Shown here one piece after another: positions 8,842 through 19,234 of a DNA stretch of 39,243 nt; the stretch's first letter is position 1, and each line of letters starts with the position of its first letter. The notes beneath the pieces were generated by a model that searched no databases, was not told the DNA's origin, and worked only from the letters and a program-made list of their open reading frames with translations. The DNA comes from Candidatus Bathyarchaeia archaeon (GTDB lineage Archaea; Thermoproteota; Bathyarchaeia; Bathyarchaeales; Bathycorpusculaceae). The DNA lies in NCBI GenBank assembly GCA_049970895.1, contig JBMFMB010000015.1, positions 1 through 39,243 of the forward strand, given 5' to 3'. A program made the translations under genes and the position numbers.

Positions 8842-9506
8842 ATGGCAAGGGCTGGTTTATTAAATGCCATTTTGGAAAGGGCTTTCGTGAGAAGCTTTGA
8901 AGAAGGCAGAAGTGTTTTGAAGAAGATTTTGTTGGCTGGGGTAAGGGCTCCTTCTGCGGGGAACATTCAGCTAAGAACCTTTATCGTCGTTAAGGATGAG
9001 AAGGTTAAGAAGACGCTTTATGAACTATGTGAGAATCAAGCGTTTATGAAAGCAGTCTCCGTCTGGATTGTTGTTTGCCTCGATTTTCATAGAAATTTGA
9101 AAGCTGCAAAATTAACTGGTGTCAACTACGATTTTGAGGGATTCTACCATACACATTTGGGATTTTGGATGCCGCCTTATTCCTTGAGAACATGGTTATC
9201 GTTGCAGAAGCTTTTGAAACTGCCAGAACACGACCTATCAATTTTGTGCATTGAACACCTGAAAAAGAAACTCAGACGGAGAGAGAAATGGAGTTATAGG
9301 TTATAGTGTGCGAAAACAGTTATAGAGACATAAGCTTGCAGGATGTATCAGAATACTGGAAGAAAACTACTTTAAACGGTTTAAAGCATGCTGGGAAAAA
9401 GCCGACAAAAAAGGAAGTGGAAAGAATTTGTAAAGAGAGAAGAATTTGTGAAAGAAGTGAACAAAAGCTGACGAGCTTTCTGATGGAACAGTCGCTGCTA
9501 AAATAA
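8842..9506 (+). pseudogene. Nitroreductase-family pseudogene (frameshifted, internally deleted)
   Basis: R..VRSF and RAPSAGNIQ motifs; family motif ILDAALFLENMVIVAEAF lies in another frame; the following GxxS/GxC segment appears missing; tail continues in ORF 9306-9506. Confidence 0.72.
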
Positions 9507-9545
9507 AAGGGTTAAGAACTTTTAAGACCGTGTACACCAGTTATT

Positions 9546-10553
9546 TTGAAGGTGCAAATCTTGGAAACGTTAAGTGACATTGGCGAGAGAAAAGCCATCG
9601 AGCTTATTTTAGAGCAGTTGGATAAGATGCCAAAAATGCCCATCCCCTTCGGTGATGATGTTTCAGCCTACCCCATAGGCAAGAAGCAGCTTTTCGTTTT
9701 GAAGACTGACATGTTGGTCGCCGAAACTGATGTGCCGAAAGGTATGAATTTTTGGCAGGCGGCCCGCAAGGCTGTTGTCATGAACGTAAGTGACTTTGCA
9801 GCGAAGGGTGTGAAACCCCTTGTGATGCTTGTTTCTCTTGGAATGCCAAAAGACACCATGCGAAAAGAGCTTTGGGAAATTGCAAAGGGCTTAAATGCTG
9901 GAGCCCGCGAATACGATGCCTACATCATTGGTGGGGATACAAACGAGGCTTCAGACCTCGTTATAAGTCTTTCCGTCTTTGGCTTGGCAAGAAGAGATCA
10001 TGTGATGTTGCGGAGTGGAGCAAAACCAGACGACATAGTGGCTGTTACCGGCTCCTTTGGGAAAACATCAGCCGGATTGAAGATGCTTCTTGAAAAATGT
10101 AAAGCGCCAAAAGATATTCGCAGCTCTCTTTTGGAGGCTGTTTATATGCCGAAGGCACGTTTAAAGGAGGGTTTAGCCTTAAGCACCACAAAGGCTGTTA
10201 CATCTGCTATTGATTCAAGCGACGGCTTGGCTTGGAGCCTTTATGAGCTTTCAAAGGCTAGTAATGTTGGCTTCCTAATAGAAAATGTTCCAGTGGCCAC
10301 CGAAGCCGTCAAATTTGCTGAAATAAATGGTTTAGACCCGCTGGATTTAGCCCTTTATGGAGGCGAAGAATACGAGCTCGTTTTAACCATAAAGCCCAGC
10401 CTTTGGGGTGAGGCGGAAAAAGCCGTTAAAAGTGTTGGTGGAAATCTCATTAGAATAGGAAGAGTGGCAGCTGAAAGGCAAATAGTTCTTGAGGTTGATG
10501 ATGAAAGGCGAGTTATTGAGCCTAGGGGTTGGGAGCATTTCAAAAAACAATAG
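9546..10553 (+). CDS. thiL: Thiamine-monophosphate kinase
   Basis: GDD, KTDML, NVSDFAAKG, GGDTN, DSSDGL, GGEEYEL and GWEHF motifs. Confidence 0.95.
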   Translation: MKVQILETLSDIGERKAIELILEQLDKMPKMPIPFGDDVSAYPIGKKQLFVLKTDMLVAETDVPKGMNFWQAARKAVVMNVSDFAAKGVKPLVMLVSLGMPKDTMRKELWEIAKGLNAGAREYDAYIIGGDTNEASDLVISLSVFGLARRDHVMLRSGAKPDDIVAVTGSFGKTSAGLKMLLEKCKAPKDIRSSLLEAVYMPKARLKEGLALSTTKAVTSAIDSSDGLAWSLYELSKASNVGFLIENVPVATEAVKFAEINGLDPLDLALYGGEEYELVLTIKPSLWGEAEKAVKSVGGNLIRIGRVAAERQIVLEVDDERRVIEPRGWEHFKKQ

Positions 10554-11625
10554 TAAGAAGACTTTTTTCACCTATCCAACCGCTAAAGAGGCGCTATTTT
10601 ATGAAAGGCTAGCTAATAACAAGGTTAGGTGCCATCTCTGCGAAAGGAGATGCGAAATTGCAGAAGGCAAAGCGGGATTCTGCAAGACTAGGAGGAATTT
10701 TAGCGGCAAGCTTTACACACTTATTTACGGCGACATAAGCGTCATCGAAAGCCGCCCAATAGAGATAAAACCCTTCTTCCACTATTGGCCTGGTTCAACA
10801 GCTCTAACTTTCTCCACATGGTCATGCAACTTTGACTGCGCATGGTGTCAAAACTTTCACTTGTCAAAGGTTGCTCCAGAACCAGCCAAAGCAGTTCATT
10901 ACCAGCCAGATAAAATTGTTGAATTAGCCCTTGCCTATGGAGATGCAGGCTTATGTGCGAGTTTCCAAGAGCCAACACTTTTAACCGAATGGGCTATTCA
11001 GGTTTTTAGCCTAGGCAAAAGTAGAGGAATAAAATATTGCTGTTACGTTTCGAACGGTTATATGACCCTTGAAGTTTTAAAGGCACTTTGGAAGGCTGGT
11101 ATGGATGGACTTAAAATAGACGTTAAGGGCAACCGTGAAGTCTACATGAAATATTGTGGCGGCGCAGATGTGGAGAAGGTTTGGAGAAACGCTGCGGATG
11201 CCAAACGCTTAGGGCTTCACGTTGAAATTGTGAACCTTGTTGTTAGCGGCGTAAATGACGGTGAAAATGCTCTACGTTGGATAATTGAAAGCCATTTAAA
11301 GCATGTTGGGCCTGAAACGCCACTGCATTTCACAAGATATTTTCCAGCCTACAAGTTTCATAACCCGCCCACCAAAGTTGAAACTTTGGAGAAAGCCTAT
11401 GGGATGGCTAGAAAGGCTGGAGTTTTATATCCATACATTGGGAATGTTGCCGGGCACAGGTACGAGAACACATACTGTCCAACGTGTGGGGAGTTACTCA
11501 TTAAGCGTTATGGATACTATGTTTTAAAATACGCTGTTACAGAGGATAAGAAATGCCCAAAATGTGGAACCATAATCCCAATAACTGGGCAATATTTAGG
11601 AAAATGGAATGCTCTGGCTTTTTAG
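10489..11625 (+). CDS. amrS: AmmeMemoRadiSam-system radical SAM enzyme (PFL-activase-like)
   Basis: CHLCERRC..GFC N-terminal domain, PIEIKPFFHYWPG, CNFDCAWCQN, PLHFTRYFP, YIGNV, C-terminal CxxC pairs; start uncertain. Confidence 0.85.
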   Translation: MRLMMKGELLSLGVGSISKNNSKKTFFTYPTAKEALFYERLANNKVRCHLCERRCEIAEGKAGFCKTRRNFSGKLYTLIYGDISVIESRPIEIKPFFHYWPGSTALTFSTWSCNFDCAWCQNFHLSKVAPEPAKAVHYQPDKIVELALAYGDAGLCASFQEPTLLTEWAIQVFSLGKSRGIKYCCYVSNGYMTLEVLKALWKAGMDGLKIDVKGNREVYMKYCGGADVEKVWRNAADAKRLGLHVEIVNLVVSGVNDGENALRWIIESHLKHVGPETPLHFTRYFPAYKFHNPPTKVETLEKAYGMARKAGVLYPYIGNVAGHRYENTYCPTCGELLIKRYGYYVLKYAVTEDKKCPKCGTIIPITGQYLGKWNALAF

Positions 11626-12879
11626 GGGCTTTCTGTCTTTAAGGGTTTCCCTAAGCCTAAAAAATGTGGCAGCTCCTATGAATCTTCCAACAGCGGAGAC
11701 TATGTAAACTATTTGCAGGCCCAAAACTAAGCCGTATATGCTAACCGTCAAGTCTGATAGGTAGCCGCCAATAAGGGAGCCGAAAAACGTTACAGTTCCT
11801 ATCAACAGATTGTAGAAGGCTATGAAGCTTCCTTTATGCATTTCTGGAGAAACATCAAGTAAATAGGTGGTCACACTTGCTTGCTCAAAAGCCGCAACAG
11901 TGCCCCAAAAAGTACCTATAGCTATTAGGACATAAATGTTAGGCGAAAAGGCGTAAGCCAATGGAACTGAAACGTAGCTGAATCTCACAAGAATAAGCAG
12001 CGGTTTTCTACCAACAGTGTCAGCAAGCCTTCCAGCCCACCTAATAAAAATTATCGTAAATATTCCTTGAACAACTGAGAACAACGCGATTTCCAGCATA
12101 GAAGCCTTCAAGACCTTAACCTGTGTTATCGCGAACAGCGGCCAGGCAATTGACATGAAGAAATTGAAAACTGCACTGCACATGCAGTATCGGATGAAGT
12201 CTGGAGAGTGCTTTGCAACCTTAACAACGTCGAATAAATCCTTCACGAAGTTTTTCTTCACTTCACCTCTGTTTTTGCTGGGCTTTTCGACTCTAACATA
12301 AAACATAGCAAATGACGATAACAGTCCACATGCCGTCGCAACCGCTATTGGAATTATGATCTGGTTCCTCACAGAACCCCCGATGACTGACATGATGGCT
12401 CCGGAAAACATGGTGGCTGAAATACTTCCTACAGAAGCCCAAAGATTGATTATGGCGTTGATTCTTCCCAGGTGTGAGGATGGAACCATGTCGCCTATCA
12501 GGGCGGTCCAAGCTGGAACAGCCATAGAGCCTAGAAGTGCTTGCAAACTGATTAATACAACCAGCTGGCTTGCAGTCTTCACAAACAATATTGGAAGCCA
12601 AAGTATAGCAACAATTAATCCACCCAAAACAATGAAGGGGATTCTTTTTCCAAGTCTGTCGCTTAGTCTTCCCCAAAAAACCTGCATAACATTGTTTGAC
12701 AGATTGCTCATCGACTGGAGCCAACCCATATCAGAGGAAGAAGCACCCAGCTCCTTAACCGCATAGGGACCGATAAACGGGTTTATCGTGCCAGTTCCTA
12801 GAGCGTTCGCTACCGAGCGAATATATACGATTTTCAGCTTCCTCTTGCTCTTAGATAGTCCACCATTTCCTTCCAGCAT
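11596..12879 (-). CDS. MFS transporter
   Basis: ~12 hydrophobic segments; motif A twice (GRLSDRLGKR, GRLADTVGRK). Confidence 0.92.
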   Translation of the reverse strand: MLEGNGGLSKSKRKLKIVYIRSVANALGTGTINPFIGPYAVKELGASSSDMGWLQSMSNLSNNVMQVFWGRLSDRLGKRIPFIVLGGLIVAILWLPILFVKTASQLVVLISLQALLGSMAVPAWTALIGDMVPSSHLGRINAIINLWASVGSISATMFSGAIMSVIGGSVRNQIIIPIAVATACGLLSSFAMFYVRVEKPSKNRGEVKKNFVKDLFDVVKVAKHSPDFIRYCMCSAVFNFFMSIAWPLFAITQVKVLKASMLEIALFSVVQGIFTIIFIRWAGRLADTVGRKPLLILVRFSYVSVPLAYAFSPNIYVLIAIGTFWGTVAAFEQASVTTYLLDVSPEMHKGSFIAFYNLLIGTVTFFGSLIGGYLSDLTVSIYGLVLGLQIVYIVSAVGRFIGAATFFRLRETLKDRKPLKSQSIPFS

Positions 12880-13103
12880 AGTGCTCCGCTTTCTTTTGAA
12901 GTCTCATCATGTTCTAGGAGAAGCTTAAAAGCTAAGCGGTTCGCTCTAACCCTTTTCAGAATCATTCCATGCTTGCCACGTCATATTTCTGAAAATTAAG
13001 GTAACTATGTTGAAATTTCCATTTTTCAAGGGAAAATTTATATGAAGGAAAATTTGGTTTTATTTCAATCTCATTTCCAAAGCCAGATTTCTGGGTGAGA
13101 AAA

Positions 13104-13409
13104 TTACTTCCTTATAATCCTCCGCTTGCCTTTGCATTTCCTAACAACAGTCACTGTTGGTTCTTGGTTCAGCTGTCTAATTTGAGCGTTTGGGTATAAG
13201 CGTTCAATATCCCTTCTAATTTTTGATAAGTCCACATCCCCATAAGTTTTAACGTCAACTACAGGGTTGCCATCCTCGTCATAGCTTATCGAAACAGCGT
13301 ATCCGGAGCCTATCTCAATTTTTGCTGGTTCTAAAATGAAACCCAAATCTTCAGCCAAATCCGGTTTAATCGGGCTTGCGGTTTCGCGTTTATGCCTTTT
13401 TTCAGCCAT
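13104..13409 (-). CDS. Hypothetical protein
   Basis: 101-aa ORF with ATG, upstream GGTGG, TATA-like TTTAAA; no recognised motif. Confidence 0.6.
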   Translation of the reverse strand: MAEKRHKRETASPIKPDLAEDLGFILEPAKIEIGSGYAVSISYDEDGNPVVDVKTYGDVDLSKIRRDIERLYPNAQIRQLNQEPTVTVVRKCKGKRRIIRK

Positions 13410-13493
13410 TAAACCACCGCTTAAAGAAAAGCCTAAGTGAATTTAAAGTGTTGCTATTCTAGAATAAGAATTGTTTTTACAGCTTGTAAAAGT

Positions 13494-14870
13494 TTAGTGC
13501 ACCAACAGCTTCTCTTCATACTTCCTTAAGTATTCGGCAGCCTCACCAACATCCATGAATAAGTCGTCCACCCGCTGTACATCTTCGACAGTCACTTTAT
13601 CCCTATTGGCTGACTTTGCATTTTGAGCTGCCAAGCTTAACAGTTGTACAGCGTACCGCATGGAGCTTTTCGCTCCAACCTCGGCAAGCTTTTCAAGTGC
13701 ATCCTTATCCAGCTTAATCTTCTCCTCGGAGGCGCGAATCCTCAGGATTTCCTTTATGCTTTCAAGGTCGTATGGTTGTGTTGCAATTATGACTGAGCGG
13801 TCTATGAGGTCAACTGGAAAGCCCAGCGGACTCCTTATGTCTGTTCCGCGGATTCTTGCCACTCCACGGTTTGTGGCAAGAATTATTATTGGGACGAGTT
13901 CGCTTTCCATGGCTCTTCCAAGAAAGCTGAACGCTTCCAAATCTAATAGGTGAGCGTCATCTATGAAGAGCACACCAGGATGGATGAAGGCTTTGCCACT
14001 GTCAACCCACTCCTTCACTTGCTGGTCAACAGCCATCCGCACCTCGGTGTCAATCTCCTTCGACTCAGAACCGCCGAAAAACAACGAGAACAACCCACCT
14101 GAACGTTGCCTGGCGTTTAATTCGTCCAAATCCGCCAAAGTAAGCATATATACGAACTCTTTCTCTTTCAAAACCTTGCCGTTTGGACGGGGAATCTTCC
14201 TCCTTGTGTCAACATCATAAGTTTTCCCTTTCTGGCTTTCAAGGCATAATCCAAGGTTAACAACCCTACCGGTTTCAGCATCTATCTGGATAACATGCCC
14301 TTCAGATATGCCCTCAGCGATTATCTGCTGGGCTATGGAGGCGCCAGCCTCAATAGTTTTCTCTTCTTCCTTAGTTTTTAACGTGAGCCTAACGCTTTCA
14401 GGAATCTTCTGGTAGGGATTGTAGGGGTGCGGTGCCGTTCTAATGTCAACCATGGTGACTTCGCCCTCATAGACCTTCCGCATTTCATGGATTTCAACGC
14501 CTATGCATTTTCTTATGGCTTCTATGAGGACTTCGGTTTTCTTCCTTTCAGTGCTGTAGATTTCGCTTCCGCTCATCTGTATGAATGGAACATTTTCGCC
14601 AAGTTCCTTAGAAATAGCCACGGCTATAGCTGTTTTTCCAGTGCCAGGCGGACCAGCCAGGATAATGCATTTTCCGCTGAGTTTTCCTTCCTTAATCATT
14701 TTCACAACTAAGCCTGCAGCTTCCCTAGCCTTTTCCTGCCCAACCATTCCATCCTTTATCTTCACAGCCTTTAGATTCTCGTCTAAGCCTAAACCCTTAA
14801 TGTGGGTGTGGGCGCCTATCCTTTCAAATCTTGATACGGGTGCGGTGGGCAGCTCCCTAATAGCCGCCAT
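13494..14870 (-). CDS. TIP49/RuvBL (Rvb1/2-like) AAA+ ATPase
   Basis: RIGAHTHIKGLGLD, GPPGTGKT, GSEIYS, PGVLFIDDAH, ATNRG motifs; likely start MAAIREL at 14870. Confidence 0.94.
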   Translation of the reverse strand: MAAIRELPTAPVSRFERIGAHTHIKGLGLDENLKAVKIKDGMVGQEKAREAAGLVVKMIKEGKLSGKCIILAGPPGTGKTAIAVAISKELGENVPFIQMSGSEIYSTERKKTEVLIEAIRKCIGVEIHEMRKVYEGEVTMVDIRTAPHPYNPYQKIPESVRLTLKTKEEEKTIEAGASIAQQIIAEGISEGHVIQIDAETGRVVNLGLCLESQKGKTYDVDTRRKIPRPNGKVLKEKEFVYMLTLADLDELNARQRSGGLFSLFFGGSESKEIDTEVRMAVDQQVKEWVDSGKAFIHPGVLFIDDAHLLDLEAFSFLGRAMESELVPIIILATNRGVARIRGTDIRSPLGFPVDLIDRSVIIATQPYDLESIKEILRIRASEEKIKLDKDALEKLAEVGAKSSMRYAVQLLSLAAQNAKSANRDKVTVEDVQRVDDLFMDVGEAAEYLRKYEEKLLVH

Positions 14871-14958
14871 AAACGCCACCCCAAGCTTGAAAGGTTTAAA
14901 ATCGCCTTTTATAATCAACAGATTTAAACCAGAAATCACAAGGATAAAAATTTAGCGC

Positions 14959-15540
14959 TCATTTCTTGCCCAGTTCCCTTCTATCCAGCAAATAGTTCAA
15001 AACTGTTATGCACGTAGCAGCCAGGTAAGGCTTTTTCCCAAGGGATATTTTCTCTCCATAGCGTAATGTAAAAGCCTCAACCTTCTTAGGCAAGCCCACA
15101 TGGTCTCCCAAGACAAAAACCGGATTTTCCCCAACATCAACCTCGAATACATCTTTTCCGCCTTCTTCCAGAACGTGGATTTTGCTCTGTTCCGCCTTCT
15201 GCTTTATCAAAGCCTCAAAACTAGTCTTTGAGAGGCTTATCCCCGGATGGGGCTTCCCAGACAAAACCTTTTTCAATATTTGGGTCCATGTGTCAACGTC
15301 GGTTCTAACATCATGCAGTGTTAAACCCTCAATTCTTAAATGCAATGGCGGTTGAGGTGGACCATTTAATATGGCATGGAAAACTGTGTCCTTGCGTATT
15401 GCATGGGATAAGAAAAGGCTTGCAACTGCACATTCGTAAACTATGTCTAGGCGTCCAGCATCATGCAAATTTTTCCATTTTGCGTCTGTTCGACCTAGCC
15501 GCGAGTACAAGATGAATTCACGCATGCTATTTGCCCTCAC
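14959..15540 (-). CDS. trmY: tRNA (pseudouridine54-N1)-methyltransferase (SPOUT)
   Basis: MREFIL, GRLD, LFLSHAIRKD, GPP.PP, FVLGDHVG, ISLG motifs. Confidence 0.88.
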   Translation of the reverse strand: MRANSMREFILYSRLGRTDAKWKNLHDAGRLDIVYECAVASLFLSHAIRKDTVFHAILNGPPQPPLHLRIEGLTLHDVRTDVDTWTQILKKVLSGKPHPGISLSKTSFEALIKQKAEQSKIHVLEEGGKDVFEVDVGENPVFVLGDHVGLPKKVEAFTLRYGEKISLGKKPYLAATCITVLNYLLDRRELGKK

Positions 15541-15563
15541 CTTTCTTTAATTATTGCCGAAAG

Positions 15564-18500
15564 CTAAGCTTTCCTAATTTCCAAAATTTCCCTGTACAGC
15601 TCTTTGAGGATTTCCTTATAGTCCACTTTTCCTTGCTCTATCATATTCATTATTGACTCGAGTTTTCGTGTTGCCTCCTCGGAGGTGTACTTCCCAAATC
15701 TTAAACTTAGGTGCTTGTAGACTTTGAAGCCCAATTTTGTGCTGATGAGCCTATTCCCCTTTTCAATGGCATAGTGCCTCTCCAATATTGTTGCAACAGT
15801 TTTAGCGTAGGTGCTGGGTCTTCCAACGCCTCTATCTTTCATTAGGGCTATTATCTCTCCTTGAGTGAAGGGTCTAGTCGCTGGCAAGTACAGAAGCCTC
15901 GCAAACCTTAACTTGTATTCGCCCTCCTCAACGATGCTTGCAGTTTTTATTGGCAGTATGGCGTTAAATCCTTCGCTTAAAATGCTGACTGGGTTCTCGA
16001 CAGACGCTTGGTTTCCATTTATTAGAACCTTAAATTGTTGATAGAGGATTTTAGCCTCCCTCATCTGGCTTGCAATGAAACGCTTAAATATTAAATCGTA
16101 AAGCTGGAAATGATCATTTGTAAGTCTTTTCGGAAACCTCAAAATTCCCGTGGAAATCAAGTTTTTCAACTGTTCCACGTCTAAAGCCCTCGTTGGTCTG
16201 ATGCACTCATGCGCTCCTTCCATGAAGTATCTCCGCGGGACAAACAGCGACGGATACCTTTCTTGAATGTAGTTTTTGGCAATTCCTATTCCAGTGGCGG
16301 AAACTGTTGTTGAGTCTGTTCTGTGGTATGTGCATAACCCCATTTCAAACAAGTCTTGGGCGATCATCATAGTTTTTGTGGCTGAAAAACCAAGCTTAGC
16401 CGAAGCATCACGGAGCAGCGTGTCAGTGGTATATGGCGGTGGTGGATTCACACCTTTTTCTTCGGTTTTTAAGTCCACTATTTTCGCTTTTAGCTCGCTA
16501 ATATGTTTTTCAATTTGCTGTTCTGGGAATTGGATGACTGGATTTTCAATTGAAACCCTTAAGCCGTTTGAAAGCACTACTGACAAAACTTTCTTCTTCT
16601 TTCTTGATTCGCTAACCCTCTCTATTATCCATCCAAGCACTGGAGTTTGAACCCTTCCAGCAGAAAGTCTATAGTTCTGGAATCTGTGCCAAAGTTTCTG
16701 GCTTAGCTCAAAGCCTATCCAACGGTCTTCTATGCGTCTGACCAGTTGGGCTTCAACCATCCTCAAATTGATTTCTCGCCTATTCTTTATCGCTTGCAGA
16801 AAAGCCTTCTTTGTGATTTCGTGAAACTCCAGCCTTTCAACTTTATGGTTCATGGGGTAAAGCGAACAGTAAACGTCGTAGGCTATTTTCTCCCCCTCAA
16901 TATCTGGGTCTGTGGCTATGAAGATGCTGTTAACTTCTAGGGCGATTTCCCTCATGGCTCCAACAAGCTCGCTTTTGGAGTAGAACTCTTGACTTTTGCA
17001 TTTTGGACAGAACTCTAAACCTGTGAATTGCTCCCCGCATTTTTTGCACTTCTTTATGAAATCGTATATGGGCACAAAATTTCCATCTTCAACTTTTACG
17101 CCGTGAAATCCCTCATTAACCACCAAGTCGTAAATGTGTCCCATGCTTGCCACAATGTTAAGCACAAATTCCCCGGTGCTAACCTCAAAAACTGTTACGT
17201 TTCCAATTTTCCTCTTATAGGGCTTTCCAAAAAACCTCGATATGGTTCTTGCCTTTGTTGGTGACTCCACAATCAATAGAGCCGCCTTAATGAAGTCCTT
17301 TACTCTCTTGACGATTTTGCCCTCCCTAATCTCCCGTATAATCGCTCTGTCATCGTCTATTTTCCTGAACCATTTCTCAGCAGCTTTGGCGGTGAACCTC
17401 GTCCACGTGGCTTCTCCAAGCATGAACTCCAGTTTACGCCTAAGCGAGTGGAAAGCCTTCTCATCATCCACAAGGAGAAAGCTTGCACCGTGTGTTATGC
17501 CTCCAGCAAACATTCTTGAGGCCCTTCCAGAAGCTTGAACATAAGCTATGGGATCAGCCGCAATGAGGTAAAAGTCTCCATTCCTCTTCTTTAGGGAAAC
17601 CTCCTTACTCTGCGTTATATGCTCTATAACTTTGGGCGTTATGGCACTTTTTAGAAAATCTCTAGCCTCCAAAACAAGCCTTTTAACATAATCTTCATAA
17701 CCGCTGAGTGGGGCGCCGGTCTCTATGGATGTTTTAACCTTTTCCAGCGTCTGCTTGTCTATGGGGACTATTCTGCGAAGACTGCTGATTATCTGGCTTG
17801 CCTTGTCTTGCTGGTCTTTCTCCAGAAACTCCCTAATGTTTTTAAGAAGCGTGAGGATTTTGGAAGGGTTGTATTCTTCCCAGCTCAGCCTAATCTCCAT
17901 CCTTGGCACGCCTGTGAAGATTACGTAGCGAACCCTTTCTGGGAGGTCTATCCCCCTAGCAAGGGGGCTTCTGAAGCTTGCAACCCCTATCAAGGCGTCA
18001 TATTCGCCCTTCTCAAACTTTCCCAGAAGCCCCTCATCCATTTTCACGTAGACGTTCGCCCTCACACCATTTGCGTTCAAAAAATCGCTTAGCTTAATGG
18101 CGTAGTCTCTGCCAAAAACTGATGGGACAAAAACTAGGCATCCGGAGCCAAAACTCTTGATTAAGGATAGCACTTGGCTATCGATTTCACCATTGTTTGC
18201 CTCAATGTAAAAGTCTTTGATGTTTCTTAGAAATTCTGGTTTAAAGCCTATCTGAAACCTCAAAAGTTCCTCGAAGAGTTTTATCCTCTTCGTCCTCTTT
18301 GCCTTCACGGTTGCTCCTGAAACAATCAGCAAGCCGATGTTGTTTCGGCTTTTATAATCCTCAATCTTACGCCTTATCGCCTCCATCTGTTCTAGAACTT
18401 CTAACGAAGATTTACCCATCCTCTTTAATCGGTTCGCCTCTTTTCGGAGGTCTATAAGCTGAAAAGCCAGTGTTATTGTGGCATTGTCAAAGCCCAAAAT

Positions 18501-19175
18501 CGCCAAAATCCTATCAATGTTCCTCGGAGATTTTAGGAAGGAGTCAACATCGTCCACAAACACGAAGTCAAAACTTTTGCCTTTTAGGGCGTCAAAGTGG
18601 CTCATCAAAAACCTTTCGGTTGTCACGAGAATTTCAAAATCGCCATTAGCCACCCTTTCCAAGGCCGTTTTTCGTTCTTCATCGCTTAAGGCTACGTGAT
18701 AACATATTTTTCTAGGCTTTATTCCAAGCCTTTCCGAATAGGCATCTAATTTTTCTGAAACCTGCTGAACAAGGAGGGCTGTGGGCACTATTATGTAGCT
18801 TTTCTTCCCACAAACAGCAAAATAGAGGGCCGCAACAGTTCCCAAAACAGTTTTCCCAACACCAGTCGGCGCAACTATAGAAAAGTTCCGTTTTAAGAGG
18901 ATTCTCCTAGCCCAAGTCTCCTGAAGGGACCACATCCTCTGCCCAACAGCCCTCTTAAAAAACATAGAAAATTGGCTGAACTTCCTATAAAAATCGAAAA
19001 CTTCGCCGGCAAAGTACAGTCTTCCTCTTTCCTCAAGGGCTTTTAACGCTTGTTTCCACGACTTCACATCTTCAACGCTTTCAAGACAATTTTCACACAT
19101 CCCAAATTGTAGGAGACGCTCATCAGAAATTGCGCCCTTACAGTTCACGCATAACCCGTAATAAATCCCCCTCAA
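15564..19175 (-). CDS. rgy: Reverse gyrase
   Basis: N-terminal Zn finger, APTGVGKT, DDVD, RGIDLP, QASGRASR helicase-like domain fused to topo IA domain (VESPTKA, DPDIEGE, SAGRVQTP, TYHRTDS); no intein apparent. Confidence 0.97.
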   Translation of the reverse strand: MRGIYYGLCVNCKGAISDERLLQFGMCENCLESVEDVKSWKQALKALEERGRLYFAGEVFDFYRKFSQFSMFFKRAVGQRMWSLQETWARRILLKRNFSIVAPTGVGKTVLGTVAALYFAVCGKKSYIIVPTALLVQQVSEKLDAYSERLGIKPRKICYHVALSDEERKTALERVANGDFEILVTTERFLMSHFDALKGKSFDFVFVDDVDSFLKSPRNIDRILAILGFDNATITLAFQLIDLRKEANRLKRMGKSSLEVLEQMEAIRRKIEDYKSRNNIGLLIVSGATVKAKRTKRIKLFEELLRFQIGFKPEFLRNIKDFYIEANNGEIDSQVLSLIKSFGSGCLVFVPSVFGRDYAIKLSDFLNANGVRANVYVKMDEGLLGKFEKGEYDALIGVASFRSPLARGIDLPERVRYVIFTGVPRMEIRLSWEEYNPSKILTLLKNIREFLEKDQQDKASQIISSLRRIVPIDKQTLEKVKTSIETGAPLSGYEDYVKRLVLEARDFLKSAITPKVIEHITQSKEVSLKKRNGDFYLIAADPIAYVQASGRASRMFAGGITHGASFLLVDDEKAFHSLRRKLEFMLGEATWTRFTAKAAEKWFRKIDDDRAIIREIREGKIVKRVKDFIKAALLIVESPTKARTISRFFGKPYKRKIGNVTVFEVSTGEFVLNIVASMGHIYDLVVNEGFHGVKVEDGNFVPIYDFIKKCKKCGEQFTGLEFCPKCKSQEFYSKSELVGAMREIALEVNSIFIATDPDIEGEKIAYDVYCSLYPMNHKVERLEFHEITKKAFLQAIKNRREINLRMVEAQLVRRIEDRWIGFELSQKLWHRFQNYRLSAGRVQTPVLGWIIERVSESRKKKKVLSVVLSNGLRVSIENPVIQFPEQQIEKHISELKAKIVDLKTEEKGVNPPPPYTTDTLLRDASAKLGFSATKTMMIAQDLFEMGLCTYHRTDSTTVSATGIGIAKNYIQERYPSLFVPRRYFMEGAHECIRPTRALDVEQLKNLISTGILRFPKRLTNDHFQLYDLIFKRFIASQMREAKILYQQFKVLINGNQASVENPVSILSEGFNAILPIKTASIVEEGEYKLRFARLLYLPATRPFTQGEIIALMKDRGVGRPSTYAKTVATILERHYAIEKGNRLISTKLGFKVYKHLSLRFGKYTSEEATRKLESIMNMIEQGKVDYKEILKELYREILEIRKA

Positions 19176-19234
19176 GCAGCCACCACCTTAACATTTAGGC
19201 TTTTAACCCAAACATGCCAGCCATGCCTATGAAG

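Noticed and set aside
12973-12982. 10-bp match (TTGCCACGTC) to the MITE terminal repeat
   Set aside because: Short, no partner end or target duplication; compatible with chance
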